Origin: Octopus bimaculoides
Lineage: Eukaryota
NCBI RefSeq assembly: GCF_001194135.2
Contig: NC_068996.1
Coordinates: 24,006,216 to 24,070,215 of the forward strand
Reading direction: 5' to 3'
Length of the DNA stretch: 64,000 nucleotides
The position numbers and the translations under genes were made by a program. This document shows positions 38,876 through 50,819 of the stretch, piece after piece; the stretch's first letter is position 1, and each line of letters opens with the position of its first letter. Below the pieces are notes generated by a model. The model ran no database searches. It had not been told where the DNA came from and saw only the letters and a program-made list of their open reading frames with translations.

Positions 38876-40624
38876 CCATGCATGCACACACACATGTACA
38901 CAGAAACAGGTTTCACTTATGAACACCTCTTTGTAACTGAATGTACGCACCCCACCCCATCATATCTTCACCATCTTTTCTCTCTTCTAATGAAGTAACT
39001 ATAAAGTTTCTTTACTGCAAGACATCTATTTCTGTCCCTCTATCACACTCTAGCCTCTTCTCTTTCACAAAGCCACCATTCTCAGTTGAGAGGCCTTGTC
39101 TTGTAAATTATTTGGCGACCTCATCGATGATAGTGCTACATAAAAATGCACCCAGTTCACTCTATAAAGTGATTGATATTAGGAAGGGCATGTTGCCATA
39201 GAAAAAACAATCCACACCAAAGCAGACAATAGAGCTTGGTGTCAGTCTTCTGACTTCCCAGCTCCTGTAAAACTGTCCAACCTATGCCACCATGGAAGAC
39301 AGACATTAAATGATGATGATGTATATATATACATACATATATATATATGACAAAGGTTTTGTAGACTATGAGAGTCCATATAAGATCTTTAGGGGTCTGT
39401 GCAAGCAAAATAGTAAATTGGGGATCCATGGTAATAGTCCATGAAAGCTTTTGCTTTAGTGAGTTACTTGGTTACCCTGTGCCACATAAAAAGCATCCAG
39501 ACCACACTGTAATGTGGTTGGCATTTGGAAGGACATCCAGCTGTAAAAATCATGCCAAAACTAACCTCACTTGTGTTAGTGCCACATAAAAAGCACTGAA
39601 TCCACTCTGCAGAATGATTGGTGTTAGGAAGGGCAACCAGCCATAAAATTCCTGCCAAAATAGACATGGTCGTCTAGGGTAGTTTTCTACCTGGCCAGCT
39701 CCTGTCAACCATCCAACTCATGCATGCATGGAAGATGGACATTAAATGATGATGATGAATATATTGCAGAAAACAACTAGGTTTCTTCCTCTAACATTTT
39801 ACATAGTTCAAACTACGCAGGTTAATGTGTGACAGATAAAATAGGAAATTTGAAGAAAGTCTCTATAAAATTAGTTTTTAAACATCGAATGGCTATGGAG
39901 ACCCACCCGAATAAAATAGTAATTAAAAGGCTTCGCAGATAAAAAAAATAGTTGAGAAACACTGCTCTAACCCTATTCTCTCTCTCTCTCTCTCATATTC
40001 ATCTTGTGCCTTGATGATACACCTTCACCATGCCTCTCTTTCTTTCCAGCTGAGGAAGTTGTATTTGCCGCTTTAGCCAGATGTCTGTTCCTGTCCCTCA
40101 ATCATGCTTTCATCTCCATCAATACTATATACCCCCATTCAGTTGAGGGGTTCTTGTCTTGTGGGTTTACTTGGTGACCTCACTAGTGTTGGTGCCACAA
40201 ACAAAAAAAACAAGTCACCCAGGACACTGTAAAGTAGATGGCATTAGAGAGAGCATCAAACTACCCTAAAAACCAGCTCTCTGACTCGCCAGTTCCTGTC
40301 GACCTGTCCAACCCATGCCAATATGGAAAGGGACATCAAATGATGATGATGATCAGGGTGATGTTGGTGGTGGTGATGTGTGTGCATGCATGCATGTGTG
40401 AATATATGTGTTCCCTTGTCTTGACACCTGTGTGATGGTTGTAAATGAGCATTGTTGTCATATATGATGATGTTTGTGCTTCCAGTCCTCTGAGGAAAAC
40501 ATGTCTGGCTATACAAATTCTGCCTCAATGAACTCTATCCAACTCTTGCTAGCATGGAAAAGTTAACATTAAAATGATGATGATGATGATGATGGCAATG
40601 ACAACCTAATCTGGTATGTCTTTA

Positions 40625-40900
40625 GGACAGTGAGGTGTACGATTTGAAGGAGATTTGGTTGCTATTTCTAGCAAGTTGAGTGATATCTAGAGGTATCTTC
40701 ATTGGTTAATACATATATACATACGTAAGACCACAGGGTGTGACTCGAAGGAGATTTGGTTGCTGTTTCTGACATGTTGATAGACCATTTAGAGTCTACT
40801 TTGTCAGCATATGCATATGCAACAAAAAGTATGATTTGAAGGAAATTTGGTTCTTATTTCTGGTAAACTGATTGACCATATAGACACTCTCACTGGTTTA
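40625..40900 (+). repeat. Three diverged tandem units (~100-bp period) of a dispersed repeat
   Basis: GATTTGAAGGAGATTTGGTTGCTATTTCT, GACTCGAAGGAGATTTGGTTGCTGTTTCT, GATTTGAAGGAAATTTGGTTCTTATTTCT. Single related copies elsewhere (about 43540 and 58100, reverse strand). Confidence 0.7.
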
Positions 40901-41429
40901 AAGATGGCAGCACTATCCCAACAAGGTACCTACCTTTACCATGACTAATATAGCAACCTTGGTGGGGTGGGGGTGGGGGGTATATGTCCCATTATTATTA
41001 AATGTTGAAGTCAGTGACTGACAACATTGGCTGCTTATAGAGTAATGATCAATAGCCTTTGATTGGCTTTTTGTGCAGCTAATAGCCAATCAAAAGCCTT
41101 CAATTGTTTACTCCGGTGATTTTTTTTTTTTTTTTTTTTTTTTTATAGAGTGAAAAACATTAAAAGAAACTGCTTGTTGTTGTTATTGTTTAGATCAGCT
41201 ACAACAACAAGGCAGAGTCGAAAGGTCTGAGCATAAGAAGAATGAAAGAATGGACCCTTGCTGCTGTTGACATGACAGTGAGGAACAGGCGCATATGAAT
41301 GGGTGCAGTTGTTGCCAGGCATGAGGCAAAGGGCAATTACAACAGCAAAGGAAAGAGCACTCAAGTGTGGAAAGACAAGGTGACGGCATGGCATATTGAG
41401 AACAAACCAAAAGAGAACAATGAAAACCG

Positions 41430-42400
41430 CCCTTCAGCAGAGACCTCATCTGATCAGCAAGTTGAAGGTATATCAAGCAGTTGAAAATCACCTGTTAAGA
41501 CAAGGTCCCAGACATGGAGGTCCTTTCTCAAGCTGATATGCCAAGCATTTAGTGGAGGCGCAATGGCCCAGTGGTTAGGGCAGCAGACTTGAGGTCATAG
41601 GATCGCGGTTTCGATTCCCAGACCAGGCGTTGTGTGTGTTTATTGAGCGAAAACAGCTAAAGCTCCACGAGGCTCCGGCAGGGGATGGTGGCGAACCCTG
41701 CTGTACTCTTCCACCACAACTTTCTCTCACTCTTACTTCCTGTTTCTGTTGTACCTGTAATTGAAAGGGTCAGCCTTGTCACACTGTGTCACGCTGAATA
41801 TCCCCAAGAACTACGTTAAGGTTACACGTGTCTGTGGAGTGCTCAGCCACTTGCACGTTAATTTCACGAGCAGGCTGTTCCGTTGATCGGATAGACTGGA
41901 ACCCTCGACGTCGTAAGCGACGGAGTGCCAACAACATGCCAAGCATTTACACACTGCTGAGGAGAGTGAAAGTCAGGTGAGCAGGCTGCATTGTTTGACT
42001 GCCTGACACATGCATTGTTTTACAGTGAACTAGCGGAAGGCAATCACATGCAAGGTGGACAGAAAAAGTGCTTCAAGGATACACTCAAAGCCTCACTGAA
42101 GAGCTTCAAGATTAACCTTGACACCTGGGGAATGCAAGCACAAGACTGCCCTACCTGGCAAAGCTGCACCAATAGTGGTGCCACCTCCTACAAACAGAAC
42201 AGGATCATAAGAGCACTATGAAAACGTGAACTATGCAAGTCCAGAGCCAACTTTTTTGCCTTCAGCCTCAACAGACTACGAGTGCCTGACCTGCAGCCGA
42301 GCCTCCCAAGTATACATTGGACTGGTCAGACACAACCAAACACATGGGCCCTGCCTTCTCCCATGTGATGTCCTTGGTTATCAATCAACAACAATAGATG
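41430..42400 (+). mobile_element. Decayed RTE (BovB-like) LINE 3' end, interrupted by SINE A
   Basis: SKLKVYQAV, DKVPDMEVLSQADMPSI|YTLLRRVKVR*AG, LFYSELAEGNHMQGGQKKCFKDTLKASLKSFKINLDTW, CLTCSRASQVYIGLVRHNQTH (C2H2-like). Confidence 0.9.
41552..41935 (+). mobile_element. Young tRNA SINE family A, copy 3
   Basis: A box TGGCCCAGTGG, B box GGTTTCGATTCC, tail GTGCCAACAAC; 14-bp TSD ATGCCAAGCATTTA at 41538-41551 and 41936-41949. Confidence 0.95.
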
Positions 42401-42403
42401 AAC

Positions 42404-42447
<44 letters not shown>

Positions 42448-42575
42448 GAGTATTGTAGTTCGCTTGAAGCATTGTGTATTGTTTGTAAAGAATAAAAAGT
42501 TTAGAATGGTACAACAATGCACTATAATACAAAAAATGGACTATATACCTGTTGTAATTTGGTTATCTATAGTCC

Positions 42576-42611
42576 GATGATATTTCGGAATTACAATTCC
42601 TTCTTCAGATC
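42576..42611 (-). ncRNA. Minimal hammerhead-ribozyme-like motif (left arm)
   Basis: GAU-CUGAAGA-A-GGAAUU GU AAUUCC-GAAA-UA-UC-AUC: core boxes, stem II, palindromic stem III (AUAU), 3-bp stem I. Confidence 0.6.
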
Positions 42612-42651
42612 TTATTTGCTGGAGTCTCGGCTATAAACTGTTTTCCAAGAA

Positions 42652-42687
42652 GATCTGAAGAACGAATTGTAATTCCGAAATATCATC
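42652..42687 (+). ncRNA. Minimal hammerhead-ribozyme-like motif (right arm; stem II closing G replaced by C)
   Basis: GAU-CUGAAGA-A-CGAAUU GU AAUUCC-GAAA-UA-UC-AUC. Confidence 0.5.
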
Positions 42688-44089
42688 GGACTATAGATAA
42701 TCAAATTACAACAGGTATGTAGTCCATTTTTTGTTCTATAGTGCATTGTTGTACCATTCTAAACTTTTTATTCTTTACTAATAATAATAATAATAATAAT
42801 TGTTTAGACCAGGCCAAACCCTGATTAAGCAGACTTATCATCAAAGCATTCCATCCATAGCCATCATAACATTTTAGAGGAAATGTAAGACTACATTATG
42901 TAATGTACCCTTCTCATGTTAAGACAGTCGGGGAGTATGATCTGAAAGAATATAGATTTAGCTTGTTTCAAGCAATTTCAATGACTTCACATTAGTGATC
43001 AGTAATTGTCAAAAATAGTCAGTAGGAAAAATTCAAGAAAAGAGTTCATTCACTAAGAGGGTGTAGAGCTAAAGTTTCAGGTCTTGCCATTTGTCTGAGA
43101 GTGAGGAAAGAAGGTAAGGTAAAAGTGGTTTTACCACCTGGGTTACAGGCAAATGTGGATTTCAACTTTAATACTGCATCCTAATCATTGATAGGACCTT
43201 TAAAAAAAAAAAAAAGACTTTACTTATATTTAATCAAATTTTGCTTTAAATTTTATTTATGAGGTGCAGGTATGGCTGTGTGGTAAGAAGTTTGCATCCC
43301 AACTAAGTGGTTTCAGGTTCAGTCTCCACTGCATGGCACCAGGCTGATCAAAGCCTTGTGAATGGATTTGGTACACAGGAACTGAAAGAAGCCTGTCATT
43401 CNNNNNNNNNNATATATATATATATAGGTGTGTGTGTGTATAAACTACTGTGTGATGTCAAGATATGAAGACACAAACAGACCCTCACATAAGATATATG
43501 TACAAACCAGATAGGGGGTTTCAACATGCTTGCTAAGCCAATTTGAAATAACAGCTAAATCTCTATCTCTTAAATCACATCTTGCATTCATAAAATAAAG
43601 TGTGGGAGGGGGAATCCAGATGGTAATGTAGTGCTACATACACTATCTATGAATAAAAGACAGGGTGGTCACAAATGGAACACCTTTGATCGTAGGTCTG
43701 CATGATGCAGAGAACTATATGGCCTGGAGCCAAAGGAAAACTAAAAAACTAAACTTCAAGCTGAAAGAAAATAGTCTAACAGACAGACCGATTAGTTATC
43801 TTTTTCTCTCCCTTTTTCTCTCCAGACATATTTTCATGATTAGCGCAGCCCCAAATCACATTTCTTGATAATCAGCGACACCAGTTACTTTGGTATTGCA
43901 ACTTTAATAAGTGTTTTTTCTGCATTTTAACTAACACCTTAAATGCTTCACACTAGAAAATATCACGTCAAGGTTTGTAATAAAGCTAGTAAAAAGAGAC
44001 ACAGTTAGTTATGTATTAAATAATGTGACAATTGTTTAATAAAACTCTCCTTTAACTACCTAGCTATCATGTCCATATAAAGTTAAAAA

Positions 44090-44275
44090 AATACAGACGT
44101 ATACACGAAGTACACGTGAGTACATGCATATGCACGTGAGTGAACAAGCAAGAGAAAAAAAAAAAAGACACATTACAACAGAGGGAAAGAAATGGAGAAT
44201 GTGAGAGTGTGAATTGGGCGGAGGAGTGAGGTGGGGGTGAAGTCGGGTGGGATGGGGGTGGACGTGAAAAACCTA
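44090..44275. promoter_or_regulatory. Candidate cis-regulatory patch: tandem CACGTGAGT E-boxes, GC box, G-runs
   Basis: CACGTG at 44113-44118 and 44133-44138; GGGCGG at about 44217; several GGG/GGGGG runs; unique sequence. Confidence 0.3.
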
Positions 44276-44472
44276 TCTCTCTATTATAATTTGCTGCTCA
44301 GTTACTAATGTTCACAATCAATCATTTGTTTGACTTTTGCTTTTTGATGTCATTTTTTATTTCCCATTAAAAAAAAGAAAATAAAAAATTATTTTTCCTT
44401 CTAGTTGGTAGACCAGGTACTCCACCTTGGGTGTGTATACTTACGTGTAAGTGTGTGGAGGTGAGTGGGTGG

Positions 44473-44531
<59 letters not shown>

Positions 44532-44967
44532 TGTGTATGTATGCAGTAAGGAAGATAAGTGCTTTGATGAAATTGGTGAATTTTATATATAGTGAAAACA
44601 ATATCTAAAATGATTATGTGTACAATACACATATACTCACACAGACATATATGTAGATACACAAATCCCCTCCCTCCACATCATGCACACACACACATAT
44701 ATACATAGATACACAAATACATTCATACATATATCACCATCGTGGTTTAATGTCCACCTTCCATACAGACATGAGTTGGATGGTTTGACTACTTATATGT
44801 GTGTGTGTGTGTGTGCATGTATTTAGAAAGCCTCACTATGGGTTGAAGAAATAGCTTCACTGATTTGTTGCCTTCTAAGACATTTAGAGCTTCATTTGCC
44901 AAAAGACAGTTTATTAGCAAATAGACAAGATAGATTCTTGATTCACTGAAATTATCTTCACTTTCAG

Positions 44968-45038
44968 GTATGGTACACGACTATTTGGTGGCAATTGGGA
45001 CCAAACTTCAAATAAGAAGAGACAAACAAACCAGCTGA
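44968..45038 (+). CDS. Candidate terminal coding exon (G)MVHDYLVAIGTKLQIRRDKQTS*
   Basis: Acceptor TTATCTTCACTTTCAG|. Another frame is open to 45228, so the reading frame is ambiguous. Confidence 0.25.
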
Positions 45039-46892
45039 GAAGACATGCTTCTGCCTCAATAGACATCATCAGATCAGCAACTGCCCTATCTTATCTTCAA
45101 CTGATGAAATACTTGGAGATATACATAAAAAAAGAGTGGAATACATTCATGGTCTGGGTAATTTGCATAAATGAAATACACAAATGCAAATATACATAGG
45201 CACATGCATATATATACGTACATAAACACACACATGTATGTATATATGCATATCACGATGAGGATATATATCTTCAATAATGAATTAAAAGCAATGCTAG
45301 TGTTGTAAACATTTTCAACCACACTTATTCAATGTATGTGTTTTGTTTGTTCACCTGTTCTGCAGTGTACTGGCAACCAAGTAAGAAATATACATTGAGT
45401 ATGTGCAGTCAATATTTTTATATATATATATATATATATNNNNNNNNNNNNNNNNNNNNNNNNNNNNNNNNNNNNNNNNNNNNNNNNNNNNNNNNNNNNN
45501 NNNNNNNNNNNNNNNNNNNNNNNNNNNNNNNNNNNNNNNNNNNNNNNNNNNNNNNNNNNNNNNNNNNNNNNNNNNNNNNATATATGAGGCAAGTAAAATC
45601 GAAATAGAGTTAAATTTGACGACTGGCACCCATGCCAACGTCGTCTCCCTCATTGGACACGAAACTCAGCTTGCAAAGACTTATTGGGGCAAGCAAAAGC
45701 GAAATTGTGATGGCATCTATGCCCAGCGACGCCTTTCTGGCACTTGTGGTCGCAGCATGTGTAAGGACTTTCGAGCTAGATCGTTGCCAGTGCCCCTAGA
45801 CTGGCTCTTGTGCGGGTGGCACGTAAAATACACCATTTTGCCAGTACCGCCTGACTGGCCTTCGTGCCGGTTGCACGTAAAAGCACCCACTACACTCTCT
45901 GAGTGGTTGGTGTTAGGAAGGGAATACAGCTGTAGAAACTCTGCCAAATCAGATTGGAGCCTGGTGTAGCCATCTGGTTCGCCAGTCCTCAGTCAAATCG
46001 TCCAACCCATGCTAGCATGGAAAGCGGATGTTAAACAATGATGATGATGATGATGATGATGATATATCCTTATCGTCATCATCATCATCATCATAATTTG
46101 ATATCCATTTTTCATGCTGGTAGAGGTTGGACGTTTGACAGTAAGCATTTCATTTGCCACTACATTCTGAGTTCAAATTCCGCCGAGGTCGACTTTGCCT
46201 TTCATTCTTTCGGGGTCAATTAAATAAAGTACCAGTTACGCATTGGGGTCAATATAATCGACTTAATCCGTTTGTCTGTCCTTGTTTGTCCCCTCTGCGT
46301 GTAGCCCCTTGTGGGCAGTAAAGAATTAAGTAATGAATGTGCTGAGCTAGTACTATAGTACGAGCTTTGACATAATTTCTACAGTTGCATGTCCTTCCTA
46401 ATGCCAACCATTTTACAAAGTGTATTAAAGGTGTTTTTTTTTTCTTTTTTCTTTTTTACAAGCCACTGACACAAGAAGTTGGCCACGTAACTTGCAAAAC
46501 AAAAAAGAGATAAAAAAAAAAGGAACAGAGAAAAGGACAAAAAGAGAAAAAATATATATACGTATAAAATGTATGTATGCATGTAGGTGGATTTCTATTG
46601 TTTGACCATGAGGATTCAGTTGGCTAATGTATTCAGTTATCTAATCTTGAGTTAACATGAAAGTGATTGAGTATTCCATAGAAATGTGTGAACCCTTAAT
46701 GTAAATCTCAAATAGAATGAGCAGTTCAAACACATTGTAGTGTGACAAAGCTGTGAACTTTCTGAATTCAGTTAAACTCAACCCAAGAGGTCTCTATACA
46801 GTTACAATCTACCTAAGATACCATACAGTGAAATTAAACCGGGGAGTTCATGGCTATAAAGTGAAAGCCTTAACCATTTGACCACAGTGCAC

Positions 46893-46930
<38 letters not shown>

Positions 46931-47399
46931 ACATTTATATATATATATACATAAACAAACATACATGCAGTATAATGTGTTTATGTGAGTGTGTGCATAC
47001 CTATATGCATGTGTGTGTGTGTGTATCCATGTATGTATTGTGTAGGTATGTAGGGTAAAATCTCAGCTGTTTCCTGTTGAAGCACATCTGTTTATTCCAT
47101 TATTACAATCCAGTGTTTAGTTGCTGTCTTTGTAGCATAGATGTAAAGTACATATAAAAATCGAAAATTCTGGAAATATTATTTGCAAAATTATTGTACA
47201 ACAAATCAGGAAGCTAGAACATCTTTTTGGTATTAGTTTTTTCTCCATTACATATGTTTCATTTGCTAATAGGAATTACAAAGTTTTACATATTAGACAG
47301 ATATGTAAGAAATTTCCAATTAGAAATTCTTCAGACAGATATTTGGATAATAGATTATTATTCAATTCTCATTTCGTCTTTGTATCTGGTTTGCAAGAT

Positions 47400-47720
47400 T
47401 TATCATCATCATCATCATCCAGTGTTTTAAATCTAGATTTTGTCCCCATTAACAGGGGTGGCCAGATCTACCTCAATGCCATAGCAACTGCCCTTACACC
47501 ATCCCACCCGGTTTTCGGCATCCGCTCTTCTCAAGCCAACCCTCTCAATCTCCTCCTCCACCTGTCCCCTCCACATTTTACTCAGTCTACCTTGCTTTCA
47601 TAGTCCATTTATCTCAAACACAAACATCCTCCTTAGAACAAGCTCCTCATCCCTCCTCAACACGTCCATACCACTGCACTCTAATTGCCCTTGCCAGCCA
47701 TCCTCCAACCCCAGTATTCC
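47400..47720 (-). mobile_element. Old RTE LINE 3' terminus with (GAT)n tail
   Basis: Minus strand ...AVAMALR*IWPPLLMGTKSRFKTL followed by (GAT)n; degenerate WxGHVLRR region upstream. Confidence 0.7.
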
Positions 47721-47971
47721 CTTTCTGTGAATTCATGTGTTGAAACAAATTGAACCGGTGGGTGTGTTGCATATATTAAGGCAATATGACTCTCCCCAGA
47801 CAGCAAAATTCAATTCTCAGTTTGAAGAATTTCTAATAGGAATTTTTTTTACACATCTGTCTAATATGTAAAACCTTGTAATCCCTATTAGCATATGAAA
47901 CATGTGTAATGGTGAATAAATAATACTAAAAAAGTTTCTAACTTCCTGTTTTCTTACTCATGTATGTATGA

Positions 47972-48035
<64 letters not shown>

Positions 48036-48473
48036 TACAATTATATGAGCAAACATGCACATTCATACATTACATGTTGATGTATGTGTGTGTGTATATA
48101 TATATATATATGCATGTGTGTGTATGTATACATTATAAGAGAGACAAGAGGTCCACTAATGAAAACAGGTTTGTAAAACTGGGTCAATAAATTAGTAACA
48201 GACTTAATCAGAGAATGGAGTGGTGGCGGTGGCAGTGGTTGTTGTGCAGTGGTGGAGGTGGTGGTGGTGGTGATTATGGTGGTGGCAATGGTGGTGTTGG
48301 TGGTGGTGGCAGCGGCAATAGTATGTGTATGTAGAGGGAAGGGAAGATGAAAAGAGAGAGAAAAAGAGAAGGACATAAAGAACTGCTGTGTAAAAATGTT
48401 CTAGAAGGAGTGGGAGAATTATTATGATGAAACTGATTTCAATTAACATAAATAGTACATAAGCTTTATGTAT

Positions 48474-48508
<35 letters not shown>

Positions 48509-49137
48509 TGTAGACACACACACACACACACACATACTTTTGCAGACTTCATAGTACAATACTCATATCACATATGCAATTTTAACTACATGAGCATACA
48601 TATTCACAGATTTGTATCGGCATACACATATGTACACACACATTACACATTCAGGCATGAATATAAGTATCTGCTTATATGTGTGTATAAATGCATGCAA
48701 TACATGTAAAGATAATAAAAAAAAAAAAGAAGTTCTAACAATCAGAAACACATGTATGTATGTGTTAAAAAATTAACTGAAACTTCTTGATGATCATGAT
48801 GACAATGATGATGATGATGATAACAATAATGATAATAATAATAATAATCCTTTCTGCTATAGGCACAAAGCCTGAAATTCTGGATTAGAGGGCTAGCTAA
48901 TTACATTGACTTCAGTACTTAATTGGTGCTTATTTCTTTGACCCCAAAAGGAAGAAAGGCACAATCAATCTCAGTGAAATTTGAACATAAAGCCAAACGA
49001 AATGCTGCTAAGCATTTTGTTCAGTATGCTAATAATCCTGCCAATTCACCACCCTTAATAATAATAATAATAATAATAACAATAACAATAATAATAATAA
49101 TAATAATAATAATGTCAAACATATAATGATAATAATA

Positions 49138-49486
49138 AGAGCATTCAGAGAGTGCAAACCTCTGCCAAGGCAACACCAACATCCTCTCAACGATTAACCA
49201 GAGAATATCTGAAATAAACTCAACTGCTCTCACAAACGAGAATACTAAAAATGAACCCAACTGCTCTCAAAAATTAAGTAAAAACAGGAAAAATAATCCA
49301 GAATCCTTGTCCGGTACCAGATTGATCTCAAAATCTAATCAGTTCATGCCAGTCACAAGGCCAAACATCTTTGAAAGTTTCATCTGAATCCATCCAGCAG
49401 TTCTTGAGATATCTTGTCCATGGACAAACAAACAAACAAATAAATAAATACAACTGAAAACAATACCTCCACCTTAAGGCAGAGTT
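49138..49486 (-). mobile_element. Helentron-associated (HINE/DINE-1-like) non-autonomous element
   Basis: One end has the near-palindrome ACCTCCACCTTAAGGCAGAGTT (49465-49486), next to (CAAA)n/(TAAA)n and the GATATCTCAAGAACT core. The other end has the sub-TIR ACCTCTGCCAAGG plus the stem-loop GCATTC-AGA-GAGTGC. Located in an (AAT)n tract. Confidence 0.7.
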
Positions 49487-50329
49487 GATAATAATAATCC
49501 TTTCTACTATAGGCACAACATTTGAAATTTTGTAGGAAGAGGTTGACTAATTGATTACATCAACCCCAGTGCTTAACTGGTGCTTATTTTATAGACCCTG
49601 AAAGGATGACAGGTAAAGTCAAACTCAGTGAAGTCTGAACATAAAAGATGGAAAATTGCTCAGCAGTATTTTGTCTAGCATGCTAAAGAATCTCCTAATT
49701 CACTACATTAATATCTTCTTTTATTTGTCATAAGACTGATGAATAATAAACAGGGAAAATACAAAGACAGGTTACAGAGAGTGTGTGTGTGTATTGGGGA
49801 TGGTAACTTACAAAGAAATCTGATGAGGTTAGAAAAGAAAAATGAGATAAAAAGTATACATAACATCCAAATAAGTAATGAGCTTTTCTACTAAAGGCAC
49901 AAGGCCTGAAATTTGCAGTAATGGGACTAGTCGATTACAGCAACCCAAGTGTTTCACTGGTACTTAATTTATCAACCCTGAAAGGATGAAAGGTAAAGTC
50001 GACCTTGGCAGAATTTGAACTCAGAATGTAGCAACGGGTGAAATACTGCTAAGCATTTTGTCCAGCGTGCTAACAATTCTATCAACTCACTGCCTTATAC
50101 AAATCAGTAATGATAATAATAATATGGTTCTCTAGGGTAAATTAAGGAACTCTACAGATCCAGAATTACCCTGACAACTAAGGACAAACACCTCTTACTC
50201 ATTATTTTCAAGAGAGTCATCAACTTTTTAATCAATTAACTGAAAGAAAGCATCTCCCTCTCCATTCACCTCTTTCTTTGTCCTAAGTGGAACTTTCAAA
50301 GAGTAAAATGTCTGCCTTCAGTTTTTTCA

Positions 50330-50790
50330 GTATCTACAACAGACCAACCAATTCGTTCTCATCAAAGCCTAGAGTTTTCCTGAGAATGTTGATGTTATTC
50401 CTGCAACAACGCCTCTGTAGAATACCAAAGTAAAAGTTTTACCAACCACATTATCTGGCTGCTAGAGAGCAATGAGTGTCAATATTCCAGACTCCAAATG
50501 TCCAGTCTTTGACTGAGTCAGAACCAATGATTCCATTAAGAAGACAAGCTATGGAAAGACATGCCTAACAAAAGGTGGCCATATCTGCTTACTATCTAGG
50601 AACCTCTGCAGGTGCCTTAGAATTTGCACACCAACAACCATGGCATACCAAACTTTCCCCACCCTCTCCCCTACAGAAAGGAATGGTAGCAAATAGCAAC
50701 TTATCCAGAAAAGCATGTCCCTTCTATGTCCTTATTCCAAACTGAAGCAGGATAGCAGACACTTCAATCTTGGATAAGGCATAATGATTA
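50330..50790 (-). mobile_element. Decayed CR1/Jockey-type LINE 3' fragment
   Basis: Minus strand ...YPASVWNKDIE (EYAxPVWNP-like) and KRLDIWSLEY (RLxxLxLxSLEYRR-like). Confidence 0.6.
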
Positions 50791-50819
50791 TACAGTTAGT
50801 TGCAATAGAGGTGATGCAA

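Larger units (their letters stand above)
42485..42778. repeat. 129-bp inverted repeat (~5 mismatches, 36-nt spacer); probable Penelope-like-element pseudo-LTR fold-back
   Basis: Arms 42485-42613 and 42650-42778 are reverse complements; (AAT)n tracts lie on both sides. Confidence 0.9.

Noticed and set aside
39790-39965. Possible hAT MITE (right end TTGAGAAACACTG)
   Set aside because: No matching left TIR or TSD was found, so it could not be delimited.
41552-41630. tRNA-like sequence with A and B boxes
   Set aside because: It is the head of a SINE: it continues into a ~380-bp body with a tail and TSD and lacks a complete acceptor stem. It is not a tRNA gene.
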